Positions 27,447-41,219 are shown, counted from the first letter of the stretch. The stretch is DNA of 64,000 nt from Eledone cirrhosa (GCA_964016885.1 OZ024743.1:30008001-30072000); one strand, 5' to 3'. Numbers and translations: made by a program. Notes: generated from the letters alone by a model not told the origin.

Positions 27447-27540
27447 CGAACGAAGTGTGGTAAGGAAGCAGGTGGACAATAACGCATCAGAGTACTCGGT
27501 ACTTAGTGTAGTAGAGTGTGTAATAGGAACAGTTCAGATC
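27315..27540. repeat. Tail-to-tail inverted pair of H1-related tails around (TA)n
   Basis: 27315-27410 is inverted relative to 27443-27540. Confidence 0.8.
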
Positions 27541-27783
27541 TAGATGTCGAAACGGCCAGAGCTCAGCCATCGGGGTCCTGACTCTTTTCCAATATATATA
27601 TGTATATATATATATATATATTTATTTATTAAAATAACAGATTAAAGTTTAAGCAAAGGCAAATATTTATTAACAATTATTGTTAATTAATATTTGCTTT
27701 AGGTCTCCTATATATTTCATATATGATATATATTTAAAATTATCGAGCCCTCTTTGGATGTTAGTCTTCACATTTATTATTAT

Positions 27784-27835
<52 letters not shown>

Positions 27836-27844
27836 GGGTATATT

Positions 27845-28697
27845 CGGGCACACCGAAAACGATAAATGGAAAAGAATGAAACGAAATTTCATTTCTAACT
27901 CTTAGTACGGGTGATACTTAAGTGTAAGTATGTATGTACACGTACATACATATATGTATACAGACCTACAGTAGTATGTATATATATATATATACATACA
28001 TGCACATATATATATATATATATATGTACGTATGCGTTTACCGAACATTTATTATAATGCTCGGTTTGTTTGTAAAGAAACAGCCCGAATTACGTCGTAC
28101 AGTGTTCAGGCAACGATATATATATATGTTTGCATGTATGTATATATATACATACTACTGTACGTCTGTATACATATATGTATGTACGTGTACATACATA
28201 CTTACACTTAAGTATCATCCGTACTAGGAGTGAGATATGAAATTTCCTTTCATTCTTTTCCATTTATCGTTTTCTGTGCGCCCGGCCGACTACCTCACTG
28301 GATTTGCAAATTAGGCTGCTCAGCCGTTAATATGCATAAGGAAAGTATATACTTTCAGACGTTCAACCATCTGACAGGAAGGTATACGATGCTGACGATA
28401 GCTAATAAGCTTGAAACTAGTACATCGTTCATTTGTCAGTGTTGAACAAAAGGGCAACGATGGTTGCTAAACACTGTACGGCTTAATCCGGGATGTTTAT
28501 TTACAAACAAACTGAGCATTATAATAAATGTTCGGTAAATCCATACGTACACATATATATATGTGTGCATGTATGTATATATATACATACTACTGTACGT
28601 ATGTATACATATATGTATGTACGTACACATACTTATATTTAAGTAACAGCCGTACTAAGAGTGAGAAATGAAATTTCGTTTTATTTTTTCCATTTAT
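27845..28697. mobile_element. Fold-back unit with one forward arm and two inverted copies, plus a hammerhead
   Basis: 27845-28110 is inverted relative to both 28140-28282 and 28468-28697. Confidence 0.7.
28386..28428 (+). ncRNA. Canonical minimal type I hammerhead ribozyme
   Basis: acgatg-CTGACGA-tagct aata agctt-GAAA-ctag-TA-catcgt, with a 6-bp helix I and palindromic helix III ACTAGT. Confidence 0.85.
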
Positions 28698-28755
28698 ATA
28701 TATATATATACTGTATAATATAAAATCGAAAGATGGTTAAAAGAGATCCATGTAT

Positions 28756-28820
28756 TTTATTATGCGCATTTCTAAAACCAATATCATGATGGGATGATAT
28801 TTGCGTTCTCATCAGATAAA
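28756..28820 (-). ncRNA. Type I hammerhead (family H2, diverged copy)
   Basis: Minus strand: tttat-CTGATGA-gaacgcaaatatcat..atgatattggtttta-GAAA-tgcgca-TA-ataaa. Confidence 0.7.
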
Positions 28821-30015
28821 ATAGTGAGACATGATATGAAGCTTAAAAAACACTTGCGAGTGTTAAATCAACATATGAAAAATAAAATAAGATGGTTATA
28901 TGAGATTGGAAAAAAGGAAAGGAAGGGGGGGGGGGGGGAAGGAAAAGGTAAGGAAGAGGTAGAAAGAATATAAATAGAAGAAAAAAATATAATAATAAGG
29001 AAAGTATGATGGAGGTGGAGTATAAGAAGGAAGGATGAGAGAGGAGGAGAAAATGAGTGAGAGAGAGACATAACCTTTAATACTGAGAAAAACTGCCTCA
29101 CAGTGAAAAATAAAAAAAAACGTTGTAAGATAATACATAATTAAAAAATTAAGAAATTAAAAGTTAATGAGGTTTATGAATGGTGATGCTTATGATTAAA
29201 GAAAAAGGAATTAAGAATACTATTTATTTAAGGTTTATATATTGAAGGGTTTAATAAGATGTGCGAAAAGGAATTTATTAAAATGTATAATTAAAATAAA
29301 ATATATTAAGAAGATAAGGTGAATGAAGATAAGGTTAAATGAATTATGAACTTAGAGGAATTAATTAGGGTCCAAGTTTGTTTCTATATATTGTAATAGG
29401 AAAAAGTAAATAATAGATTTAATACGAACATGGAAGGAGAGAAGAAAGAAAAAATTCAAGAAAGAAAAAATATATAGTCAAAAACCAAAACAAAAATTGA
29501 ACGTCATTCAGTCTATATGCTGCTTATAATCAATTAAAATAGGTATTAAATCAAAAATATATATTATATCAAAGGAAAAAACGAAAAATATTTTCTAGTA
29601 AACGAAAGTAGTATTATGAAAATATCATAATAAGGGGGAAAGAATTCTGATTACAAACTTTGTAAGTAAATTATCTTTGTTTATGTATAATTAGATTTTG
29701 AAATTATATGTGTGGAAAATAATTTAATAATTGATATGCTTTTTTTAAAATATATATGAGTAGTTTATAATGCTATGAGGTAAATTATTTAGTTCAAAAG
29801 AAGGGAAAAAAAGACCAATGTCAAATTTATCAATTCAACAATCTTATTAAGGTAGTTAATATATGAACACTAGAGACTATTAATACTTTGTGTAACTATT
29901 TTAGAAAAAAATGTATGCATTATCGCCAAATTTATCAATTTATATTAAATTAAATTTATGTAGATTCAACATAAAGTTGAAGAAGATTAACAATTATAAC
30001 GGAGGAGGATTATAA

Positions 30016-30132
30016 TTGTTTCTACTTTAGGCACAAGGCCAGCAATTACCCAGTGCATTACTGGTACTTTATTTTATCGACCCCGTAAGGATGAAAGGCA
30101 AAGTCAACCTCGGCGGGATTTGAAATCAGAAT
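30016..30132 (-). mobile_element. MetaSINE-like SINE, 5'-truncated
   Basis: Same core and tail as 6930-7112. Confidence 0.7.
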
Positions 30133-30472
30133 ATAGAATATTCTCATTCTTGGCACAAACTCTCTAATGCTTTATTTGAAATAATTTATTAAACGTTTAA
30201 ACCAAATGTAATTACTCTCTCACTCACGTAACCTCCTATGTGTTGATGTTTTTTCTAATCATATCCTTGGTCGTCACCGATCCCTCCAGCTCCTTCGGCT
30301 ACTAGCACATCCTAAAAAATTATACATCTCATATGTATTTTGTTAGAAGAGGACATGTTCTGATTTATGTTGTACATAAAACTTTAATTTCTTAAAAATA
30401 TATATAAGAATCAGTAGATTACAAATCAGCTAACTCATTTTTTGTATTAATTAATATGTATATATATGTATG

Positions 30473-30579
30473 AAAAAAGGAAAAGAATGACATTACTTGT
30501 AGTTCTAAACAATTTAATTTTATAATATTATAAAATTAAATTGTTTTGAACTACAAGTGAAGTCATTCTTTTCCTTTTT
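30473..30579. repeat. Near-perfect palindrome with no spacer
   Basis: aaaaaggaaaagaatgac..aatttaattttataat|attataaaattaaatt..gtcattcttttccttttt. Confidence 0.88.
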
Positions 30580-30661
30580 ACAAATATACCCAACTCTTCC
30601 AAGGATATCACACATTTTCCAATTTATATATATATATATATATAGTTTTAATATAGATGAG

Positions 30662-30708
30662 ATTCTACAGGACTAGAACTGTTTCATTCTTTAGAAATCA
30701 TCAGGAAT
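30662..30708 (-). ncRNA. Type I hammerhead ribozyme; degenerate relatives at about 49008-49053 (+) and 50207-50255 (+)
   Basis: Minus strand: attc-CTGATGA-tttc taaa gaat-GAAA-cag ttctagtc ctg-TA-gaat. Confidence 0.72.
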
Positions 30709-31249
30709 ATGGCTATCCTAAAATAAATGTGGTATTTATAGCTCTTTTCAGGTGGTAGGAGAGGGTGGGGAGTGGGATGGGTAGAGGTCATTGGTTGATA
30801 GAAAAGGGAATTCATTAAAAACTAATTCTATAAACCTATAATTTATATTTAGAGTGACTGAGGCAGAAATAATTCTATAAACAAGTTCAGAATGGGGTGC
30901 CACTCCTTATTTATAAGTTTCTCCTAAGCTAACAATGCCCATATTTCAGGTGTCTATAAGATTGTTGGTGGTCGGTCATGGTTGATGGATTTCAAGAAAA
31001 GTGTAATTCTTTAAAAGCTAATTCATTAAAGTTCTACTTAGAGTGACAAAGGCCAAGAGAATTCTATAAACCAGTTTCTCTTAAGCTATATTCCAGGTGT
31101 CAACAGACACATTCACAAACACCCCCTCCCCACACACATACACACACATATATATATATATATATATAAATATATATATATGTACATATAGATATATACA
31201 TATATATACATACACACATATATATACATATACACACATACACACACAC

Positions 31250-31300
<51 letters not shown>

Positions 31301-31411
31301 TATACACACATATATATACACACACATATATACATATATATACATATACATACATACACTCATATATATACATATGTACACCTAAATATATATATATATA
31401 TATATATATGT

Positions 31412-32378
31412 GTAGGAGGTGAGTTTTATTGTAGTACAATAAAGCAATGCAGATATCGGATAAGAAGCAATCTATATTTTGTAGGACTGGAGTATACATA
31501 ATATATAAGATCAAAAGATGGTTAAAAGAGTTCCATGTATTTTATTATGCGCATTTCAAAAACAAATATCATCATGCAATAACATTTGTGTTTTCATCAG
31601 ATAAAATAGGAAGACATGATATGAAGGTTAAAAAACACTTGTGGATAGTGCAGTTTTAAATCAACATATGAAAAGTAGTTTTAGATTGATGTGTGATATT
31701 GTGAAAACAAATTTTGAGGCGGGGGGAGTTTGGAAAGGATAGAAAAGAGGAGGAGATTAGAGTAAAAAGTGGAGGGGGGGAGTATAATGAGGAAGGATGA
31801 GATAGGAGGAGAGATGGGTGATGGGTGATGTCCATCGCACATATTTGTTAAACCCTTAAATATAATTCTTAATACATATTAACAATTTCCTTTCATCGCA
31901 CATATTATTTGACCCTTCAATATACAAACCTGAACTTTACATTATTTTTCTCTTCGTTAATTTTCAAATTCTTTTAATTTATATATTATCTTGAACGGTT
32001 TTTCAACCTCTCTATGTAGAACAATATATTTTTCTCAGTTATAAAAGCTTTCTCTCTCTCCCTATCACCCATCTCTCCTCCTATCTCATCCTTCCTCATT
32101 ATACTCCTCCCCCTCCACTTTTTACTCTAATCTCCTCCTCTTTCTCACCCCCCCCCCCCTCAACATTTTTTTTTCCAAATATCACACATCAATCTAAAAC
32201 TACTTTTCATATGTTGATTTAAAACTGCACTATCCACAAGTGTTTTTTAACCTTCATATCATGTCTTCCTATTTTATGTGATGAAAACACAAATGTTATT
32301 GCATGTTGATATTTGTTTTTGAAATGCGCATAATAAAATACATGGAACTCTTTTAACCATCTTTTGATCTTATATATT
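31412..32378. mobile_element. Fold-back PLE-like unit (family H2)
   Basis: 31498-31825 is inverted relative to 32063-32378. The left arm carries an extra ~85 bp tail, and microsatellites flank the unit. Confidence 0.8.
31541..31605 (-). ncRNA. Type I hammerhead (family H2); the partner in the other arm (32273-32337, +) has a C3>G change
   Basis: Minus strand: tttat-CTGATGA-aaacacaaatgttatt..atgatatttgttttt-GAAA-tgcgca-TA-ataaa. Confidence 0.82.
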
Positions 32379-32496
32379 ATATATATATATATATACATAC
32401 ATACAAACACATACACATGTATATAAATATATACACATATACACACATACACACATATATACACACATATATATACATACATATATATATATATGA

Positions 32497-32582
32497 TGGA
32501 TGCCCCCTCGTTATCGAGTATGGCCATTGCACGAGGAGAAAAAAAAAAAAAATAAATAAAAAATAAAATAAAAAAAAAAAAG

Positions 32583-32617
<35 letters not shown>

Positions 32618-35600
32618 TACATTAATGACAATAATAATAATAATAATAATAACAACAATAATAATAACGACAACAACAATAATAATATACATATACATAT
32701 ATATATATATACACATACACGCACACACATAAGCATATCTATACACACACACGATAGCAACTAACAGCGCTGCGATCGAATGTGGCTTTTTAGCCCAGCC
32801 AATAATCTAAAATGTCTTGCACAGAGTCGGCAACCAAAACATTCACTAGGAATAGTCGTCTGTGGTTGGAGTTCGTGTACTTTTGCATGTCGCTTGAGAC
32901 CTCCTGCTGATTTACATTCTCTACCACATGTTTGGCAAGCATGATGAGTAGCATCTCCAACAGCAGCCTGTTAGTCAATCACTGGTCTTACTTTATGACT
33001 GCGAAGATGACTTTCGAGTTCAGCTTTGCTTAGGCAGAGTCTCGCACAGACGCTGCATGTCAGCACCATAGGAGGACCCTCGCCGTCTGGAAGTGCAACA
33101 GCAATGCCCTTCCTCACATCCCGCTTTACTTTCTCGTATGCGATTCGAGATGCCTCAAAGGCAACTTTTCCCTCATATACAGTCTTTCTCCATTTATTAC
33201 AATCAACAGCAACATTTTCCCATGTATCAGCAGAGATGTTAGCGTCTTTCAGAGAGGCTTTCAAGGAATACTTATACCTCTTTTTAGGTTTATGTGGCGG
33301 TCATTTTCCTTTAACCAACTCTCCATAAAAGAGTTGTTTTGGTATTGTAGAATCCCTCATCCTGGCAAGGTGACTACTCCAACGGAGTCGTTGCTTAAGC
33401 ACAAGAGCTTCTATACTGTCACACATAGAGCTTTCCAAAATCTCGATATCACTAATGTGGTCCCTCCAGTGAACGCCATGGATCCATCTGAGACACATCT
33501 GATGGAAACGCTCCAATTGCTCAAGGTGGTGTCGATATGTGACCCAGGTCTCGCAGGCATAAAGAAGACAATAGAGCACACATGCCCTGTACACCTTTAC
33601 CTTTGTCCTCCTGCATATGTCTCGCCGATCCCAGAGTCGCCTTTCTAGCTTTCCGAAAGCATCACTTGCTTTCCTAATCCTAAGTGAGATTTCACTGTCA
33701 AGGTTGCTGTATCGATTGACAGTGCTTCCCAGGTAGACAAACTGATCAACCACTCCAAGTCGTTTGCCATACACATAGATGTTTGGTTCAGTGTACTGCT
33801 TACCAGGGGCAGGTTGGTACATGACGACGATTTTCTTGAGACTGACAGTCAATCCTAGGGCAGTGCAAGCGTCAGAGAAAGCATTCAAAATGTGCTGCAT
33901 ATCACTCTCTGTGTGCGCTACGAGATCGCAATCATCTGCATACAAGAGGTCTCTTATGATTGATGTAAATACTTTTGTCTTCGCAGCAAAGCGCCTGATG
34001 TTAAATATGCTGCCTGAGGTTCGATATCGGATGTAAACACCATGCTCGCAATTCCTGAATGCAATACAGAAAACCATTGCAAAGTATATGGCAAACAGGG
34101 TCAGTGCTAGAATATCCCCCTGTTTCACTCCATTTTTTTTACTGAGATAGGCTCCGACATTTTACCTCCGACATTAACCCAAGCCTTCATGTCGTCACGG
34201 AAAGACCTAACTAAAGCAAGGAACTTATCAGGGCAACCAAGTTTCTGGAGAACCTTCCATAATACATCTCTTTTGACAGTATCGAAAGCCTTTGTCAGAT
34301 CGACAAAAACCTGATACAGATCCAAGCCTTGTTCCATGCACTTCTCCTGGAGCTGTCTAGCTGAGAAGATCATATCAGTAGTGCCGCGTCCAGCACGAAA
34401 ACCAGATTGACTTTCAGGCAGAACACAATCTTCAATGTGTGTCAGCAGACGGTCCAGAAGCACCCTACATAAAACTTTCCCTACGACAGAAAGCAATGAT
34501 ATACCTCTGTAGTTCCCACAATCATTCCTGTTACCCTTTCCCTTGTACAAGACCACCATTACTGCATCTCTCCAGTCCTCAGGTACGGATTCATTAGCCC
34601 ATATCCTGCCAAATAAAGAGCGAAGATGTTGCAGGAGTCTCTCACCACCATATTGTAGGAGTTCAGCATGTATGCCATCCATACCTGGAGATCTTCCACT
34701 GTTCAGCTTCATAATAGCCACTGCACCCTCCACAAGCGTCGGAGGTTCTGCGAGAGCTACATTCACAGGACTTTCTGGAATGAGATTGAGGAAATCTTCA
34801 CTGACGACAGACGGCTGATTCAAAAGATCATCAAAGTGCTCTCGCCACCTTCGTAGAATTCCTTGTGAGTCACGAAGAAGTTCTTTGCCATCCTTGCTGC
34901 GAAGCGGTGTCACCAGAGAAAAAAAAAAGTCCATAAACCTCACGCAAGAGACTATACTACAGCTTTGTGTTATTGGAATCTGACGCAGTTTGTATCTCAC
35001 CAGCCTTCTTACTCCACCACTGATCCTTCATCTGAGAAAGACTCCGCCTAACACGTGATTTTACATCCCTGATTTCCTCATGCAACGTATTCCTCTCCTG
35101 TGGTTTTTCCGTCAAGTAGCGTGACAGAGCACGCCTCTTATCAGCCAACAAGTCTTCTATATGTACATCATTCTCATTAAACCAGTCCTGATGTTTTCTC
35201 TGCACCAATCCCAGAACACGCCTGCCTACATCATAAACCGACTTTTTAAGGGTCGGCCAATCCTCACCAAGGTCTGCAGCCTGCGCTCTTCTTCCAATGT
35301 CCTCTTCACATTTTTATACTTAAGACGAGCAGCATTCAATCTTTGGGCAACACCAGGAGCCCGGATTTTACGTTTAGTGATTAGTTTCACTTTTGCGCGT
35401 ACCAGGCGGTGTTCCGTCCAGCACTCAGCTCCACGAAGAGCACGAACACACTGCACATCCTGTCTGTCCAGCATCTTGACTAGGACTTAGTCCAAAAGAT
35501 GCCATTCCTTAGATGCAGGATGCATCCATGTGGTCTTGAATTTGTTCATTTGTTAGAACATGGTGTTGGTAACACACAGATCCAGCTCCTCACACATCTG

Positions 35601-36660
35601 CAGCAGGAGCATACCATTGTTGTTACACTTTCCCACCCCATGCCTTCCGATTACATTCCAGCTGTTAAAATCCCTACCCACTCTAGCATTAAAGTCACCA
35701 AGCACGATGACTTTGTCTGCCTGAGGGATATTTCTTAAAACACCTTTCAAGGCATGTTAAAAGGACACTTTTTCTTCATCGACAGAATTCATAGTTGGAG
35801 CATAAACACTCACCAGGGTAGCATATCTTCCTTTGTCCAGCGGAACTCTCATGGACATAAGACGCTCACTAATCCCTACTGGGAATTCTTCTAATTTATT
35901 CACAAGTACAGTCTTAACAGTCTCTTTTGGTTCCTTCATCTCTTCCTTTCCAGAAGAATGTATATTCTCCACAAAATTCTGTAAGATGACCATCTCCAGC
36001 TAACCTCGTCTCAGATGAAGCCACGATGTCAAGATCGTAACGCCGAAGCTCCTTTGCAACAAGAGCGGTCCTTCGTTCAGGACGCTCCAAGGAATCCCTG
36101 TCATGCAGCGTCCGTAAGTTCCAGCAGCCAAGACTAAATGCCTTGTTCGGCTCTATTACAATGGCACGATGACGAGCGGGCCCAGGCTGTGATAACCTGG
36201 GTCCCCTGCCCTTATTGCCAATTATATTTTTTGTTCCAGAACCTAAATTGCCAATTATCTCTATTATATTGTTCTGGAACATCAATGAATTGGTAAAAAA
36301 AAAAAAATAGAAAAAAATAATAATAATAGTAATAATAATAATAATAATAATAATAGTACACTATTAATAATTATTAATGCACTCCCGCAATGCCTGTGCG
36401 TGACGAATATTTTTAAGGTGAGGAAAGACTGTGCACTGAATCAATCCCACTCTCTGAGCGACAGTAGCTATAACCCGAAAAGAAGAAAAGATCAACATCA
36501 TCGGTAACTACTGAGACGCAGGTTTTATGTCTGAGTTAACCCAGTTTCCTGAGATGCCTTCTCCTAGAAGAATGCCCTGACAAGGGCTAGGGGTTCTTCA
36601 CTCCCAGTGGTTGAACTGCGCGATGGGGCATCCAGCCCGATTATTTCTATGTCCCCACGC
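32497..36660 (-). mobile_element. RTE-clade LINE, full length, decayed
   Basis: APE motifs (LGCWNLRTL, RRTALVAKEL, SETR, SVYAPT, LGDFNARVG), RT motifs (NYRGISLL, FVDLTKAFD, LLYADD), LRWSSHLARM and a C2H2-like C-terminus. 3' hairpin ggccatactcgataacgag. Confidence 0.9.
32971..36285 (-). pseudogene. RTE ORF (APE-RT) with many frameshifts
   Basis: Fragments 35914-36285, 35757-35993, 35553-35750, 35226-35474, 34957-35208, 34125-35000, 33301-34128 and 32971-33264. Confidence 0.9.
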
Positions 36661-36874
36661 AAAAAAAAAAAAAAAAAAAATCACTTATTGACACTTATAC
36701 GTACGACATACACACACGCGCATACTTATGCGCGCACACACAGGCATACATACGCGCGCACTCGCCAACACTGATACATACAAACAAACACACACACGCT
36801 ACTTACTTACACACACACACATATATATATATATATAAATATATATACATACACACACATATACATATATATAT

Positions 36875-36914
<40 letters not shown>

Positions 36915-36937
36915 CACACACACATTCACACACATAC

Positions 36938-36994
<57 letters not shown>

Positions 36995-37100
36995 CATACA
37001 CACACATATATAGATACACACACACACATACACGTACATATACACATAATTACACTCATACATATATATACATATATACGTATACATATATATATATATA

Positions 37101-37819
37101 TTACTTGTCCCCCTCGGTTTACGCGAATTACTGGTTCCAATAACTTTTTTTAGTTATTGCTCGCACCAACTTGAGGTATCTGATTTTTAATGCGATGAAA
37201 TACCAATGATGGTTGGAAAATCACTGACGAAGGACTATTTTAATCATATGCAACCCATGTGCAAACCACGCAGTATGCTCCTTTCTTCTCATGTTTTTTA
37301 TATATATTTACCTCGGCTGCGTTTGTCTGTTTCTCTCTTACTGCTTCCCCGCTCTCTCTGTTTCTCTCACCTTCTTCCGCCCCCTCTGTTAGTTACACTT
37401 TCTCTTGACTGACCTCTTCCTCACACTTCCACTCACTCACTCTCTGTTTCTCCCCTTCTCACTTCCTCCCGTTTGGCTTGTGTGGGTCTCTTCTTAATTA
37501 CATCTCACACACATCGACACGGTCTGTACACCTCTCTCGCTCATGAAATCCACCCAGCTTAAGCTAACGGACAACCATGTTGCTTGTTTATTTTCCTCTC
37601 TTCGGTTTGCTTTATCCTTCTATGTTGTTTACTTGCCCCCTCGCTTTACGCGAATTACTAGTCCCAATAACTTTTTTTAGTTATTGCTCGCACCAACCTG
37701 AGGGATCTGATATTTAATACGATGAAATACCAATTATGGTTGGAAAAGAACTGACGAAGGACTATTTTATCATACGTAACCCATGTGCAAACCACGCAGC
37801 ATACTTCTTTCTTCTCATG

Positions 37820-37826
<7 letters not shown>
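37101..37826 (+). mobile_element. Direct-repeat unit (two ~200 bp repeats, ~527 bp period), each with a degenerate hammerhead; retrozyme/pLTR-like
   Basis: 37101-37300 matches 37629-37826. Motif ccaac-(C/T)TGAGG-N-atc..gat-GAAA-ta..at-g-gttgg. Confidence 0.6.
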
Positions 37827-37874
<48 letters not shown>

Positions 37875-37884
37875 TATATATATT

Positions 37885-38466
37885 ATGCTGGGCCCATGGT
37901 ACCATGTGATGACAAGTGCAGAGAGATCTTAAGATATAAAGCAATGCCTGTGCTGTGAAGCTTTTATAGTGAGCAAAGGCATTGCACAAAGCCAGTCCCA
38001 CTCTCTTAACCAAGATGATATTTACCAAAAAAGAACAACAAGTGAACATCATTGGACACCATCAGGGTCGCAGGTCTTATATCAGAGTTTACCTTCTCCT
38101 AGAATTCTGCCTTGACAAAGGCTAATGGGTCATTTCTTCCGGAGATGTATTTATGTATATATACATGGTGGCTGCCAACTCGCTTTCGAGTACGGCCACT
38201 ACTTTATATCCATGTAGGAGAACCCCTACCGATGCGCTGAACGAGTGTGACTGTTTAGTCCAGCCAGCAACTTGAAAACTCTGGTACAAACACTACTCTT
38301 GTGACAATTATTGACACATAGTGCTGGGTCCTGGGCACATGGTACCATGTGACGACACGGACAGAGAGATCTCCAGATATAAAGAAATTCCTGTGCCGTG
38401 AAGCTTTTATAGTGAGCAAAGGCACTGCACAAAGCCAGTCCCACTCTCTTAACCAAGATGATATTT
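37885..38466 (-). mobile_element. Two partial non-autonomous RTE-derived elements
   Basis: 37885-38147 and 38166-38466 are reverse-complement matches to parts of 39676-40271. Confidence 0.75.
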
Positions 38467-38497
38467 ATACATACATATATACATACATACATACATG

Positions 38498-38529
<32 letters not shown>

Positions 38530-38724
38530 CATACATATATACACACATACATACATACATGATATTTATACATACATGATATTTATACATACATATATAC
38601 ATAGATACATACATACATACATAATACATATATATATATATATTTATATACATACATAAATATACATACATATATATATACATACATACACATACACACA
38701 TATATACATACATATATACATACA

Positions 38725-38772
<48 letters not shown>

Positions 38773-38815
38773 CATACATACATACATACATACATACATA
38801 CATGCATACATATAT

Positions 38816-39371
38816 ATGGCTTAGTGGTGGAACATTGGATTTGCAATCGAAAGGTTGTCAGTTCAATTCTCAGACCGGGTGATGTGTTGTTTCCTTGAGC
38901 AAGACACTTTATTTCAAAGGGCAAAGGAGCTCTTAAGAGTCAATGGCCATCCAAAATCACCGGGAGAGATGACCACTTAGCCTTTGTCAAGGCAGAATTC
39001 TAGGCGAAGGAAAACTCTGATATAGCACCTGCAACCCTGATGGTATCCAATGATGTTGACTTGTTCTTCCTTTTGGTAAATATCATCTTGGTTAAGAGAG
39101 TGGGACTGGCTTTATGCAGTGCCTTTGCTCACTATAAAAGCTTCACGGCACAGGTATTGCTTTATATCTGGAGATCTCTCGGCACTTGACATCACAGGTA
39201 CAATGGGCTCAGCACTATGTTTCAGTAATTGTCACAAGTGTAGTGTTTGTACCAGAGTTTTCAAGTCGCTGGCTGGACTAAAAAGTCACACTCGTTCAGC
39301 GCATCAGTAGGGGTTCTCCTACATGGATATAAAGTAATGGCCGTACTAGAAAAAGAGTTGGCAGCCACCAT
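38816..39371 (+). mobile_element. tRNA-like SINE head joined to a non-autonomous RTE-derived body
   Basis: A-box TGGCTTAGTGG, B-box GTTCAATTC and tccttgagcaagacacttt, followed from about 38915 by the RTE-derived sequence. Confidence 0.65.
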
Positions 39372-39492
39372 ATATGTATGTATGTATATATGTATGTATA
39401 TATGTATGTATATATGTATGTATATATGTATATATGTATGAATATATGTATGTATATATGTATATATGTATATATGTATGTATATATGTATG

Positions 39493-39526
<34 letters not shown>

Positions 39527-39675
39527 TGTATGTATGTATGTATGTATGTATGTATGTATGAATGTATATATATATGTATATATATGTATGTATGTAAATA
39601 TGTATGTATGTATATATATGTATGTATGTATATATATATATATATGTATGTATGTATATTTGTATGAATATATGT

Positions 39676-40271
39676 TGGTGCTACTGGTAACATGTATCCC
39701 AGTACAACCTGTCTCATGGTCGGGACGTTGGCGACTAAACTGGCAACCCTATCAAGGTTGCTTGGTGAGGAGGGTGACTTTGGACATCCTGCAGGACTAA
39801 AAACAAAAGCTGTCAAAGGGCAAAGGAGCTCTTAAGAGTCAATTGCCATCCAAAATCACCGGGAGAGATGACCCCTTAGCCTTTGTCAAGGCAGAATTCT
39901 AGGAGAAGGAAAACCCTGATATAACACCTGCAACCCTGATGGTATTCAATGATGTTGACTTGTTCTTCTTTTTGGTAAATATCATCTTGGTTAAGAGAGT
40001 GGGACTGGCTTTGTGCAGTGCCTTTGCTCACTATAAAAGCTTCACGGCACAGGCATTGCTTTATATCTGGAGATCTCTCTGCACTTGTCCTCACATGGTA
40101 CCATGGGCCCAGCACTATATGTCAATAATTGTCACAAGTGTAGTGTTTGTACCAGAGTTTTCAGTACGCTGGCTGGACTAAAAAGTCACACTCGTTCAGC
40201 GCATCGGTAGGGGTTCTCCTACATGGATATAAAGTAGTGGCCGTACTCGAAAACGAGTTGGCAATCACCAT
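39676..40271 (+). mobile_element. Bipartite non-autonomous RTE element (RTE 5' UTR plus RTE 3' end)
   Basis: The 5' part aligns by eye to the RTE 5' UTR at 36400-36600. The 3' part encodes a [13 protein letters not shown] remnant and ends in ggccgtactcgaaaacgag. Confidence 0.78.
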
Positions 40272-40291
40272 GAATATATGTATGTATATAT

Positions 40292-40370
<79 letters not shown>

Positions 40371-40380
40371 GTATGTTTAT

Positions 40381-40490
40381 CATCATCATCATTTCATTTT
40401 ACGTCCGCTTTTTACCTGCATGCAAGGTTGGTACGGGAACTGATTCTGGCACTATTTATACAGCTGGATGCCCTTCCCAACACCAACCTC
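40381..40490 (-). mobile_element. SINE/LINE 3' fragment with a (GAT)n tail; second short piece at about 40651-40706
   Basis: Minus strand: ggttggtgttgggaagggcatccagctgta..gcggacgtaaaatg..(gat)n. Confidence 0.5.
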
Positions 40491-40596
40491 AAATACAGTG
40501 AGTGCTGTGTGCTTTTTTGCCGTGGCACCTACACGACCACTTTGCAGTGGAATGATATAGACCCCTGTCCCTATCATATTATTTCAATGTGAAATA

Positions 40597-40646
<50 letters not shown>

Positions 40647-40705
40647 CATATCATCATCATCATCATCATCATCATTGTTTAACGTCCATGTTCCGCGCTT
40701 GCATG

Positions 40706-40807
<102 letters not shown>

Positions 40808-40871
40808 ATATATATACGTGGGAAAGTAAACAATCGGAGAAGAGACGGTTAAAACATGTTTATTTAAAACA

Positions 40872-40911
40872 GCACCTACGTACGTTTCGCAAGGTTGGGC
40901 TTCTCAAGGGC
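40872..40911 (-). ncRNA. Minimal hammerhead-like motif, U3:A8 variant (third family)
   Basis: Minus strand: gccc-TTGAGAA-gc ccaacctt gc-GAAA-cgtacg-TA-ggtgc, followed by AATAAA. Helix II is weak. Confidence 0.58.
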
Positions 40912-41219
40912 ATAAATAATGAAAAGTGTTCCTCATATTGCCCGGAAAGAGTTTTTGGGGTTAAATCCACATCAATGTTCATTGCTCGCAAAAATTGCTT
41001 GTGTTGATTTTGCAGCAGGTTAAGGTAGGCAACTCTGGCCAGTGTTAGGGCAGTCTTTCCCGGACAATTTTTTTTTTTTTTTTTTTCTTTGCATCTGTTT
41101 GTCTGAGGCTGGGTCTGGTATGCAAGGATTGTTTTTATATATATATATATGTATGTATATATATGTATATATATATGTATATATGTATGTATATATATGT
41201 ATATATATGTATGTATATG

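Noticed and set aside
38816-38880. tRNA gene
   Set aside because: A and B boxes are present but there is no complete cloverleaf, and it continues into SINE core sequence.
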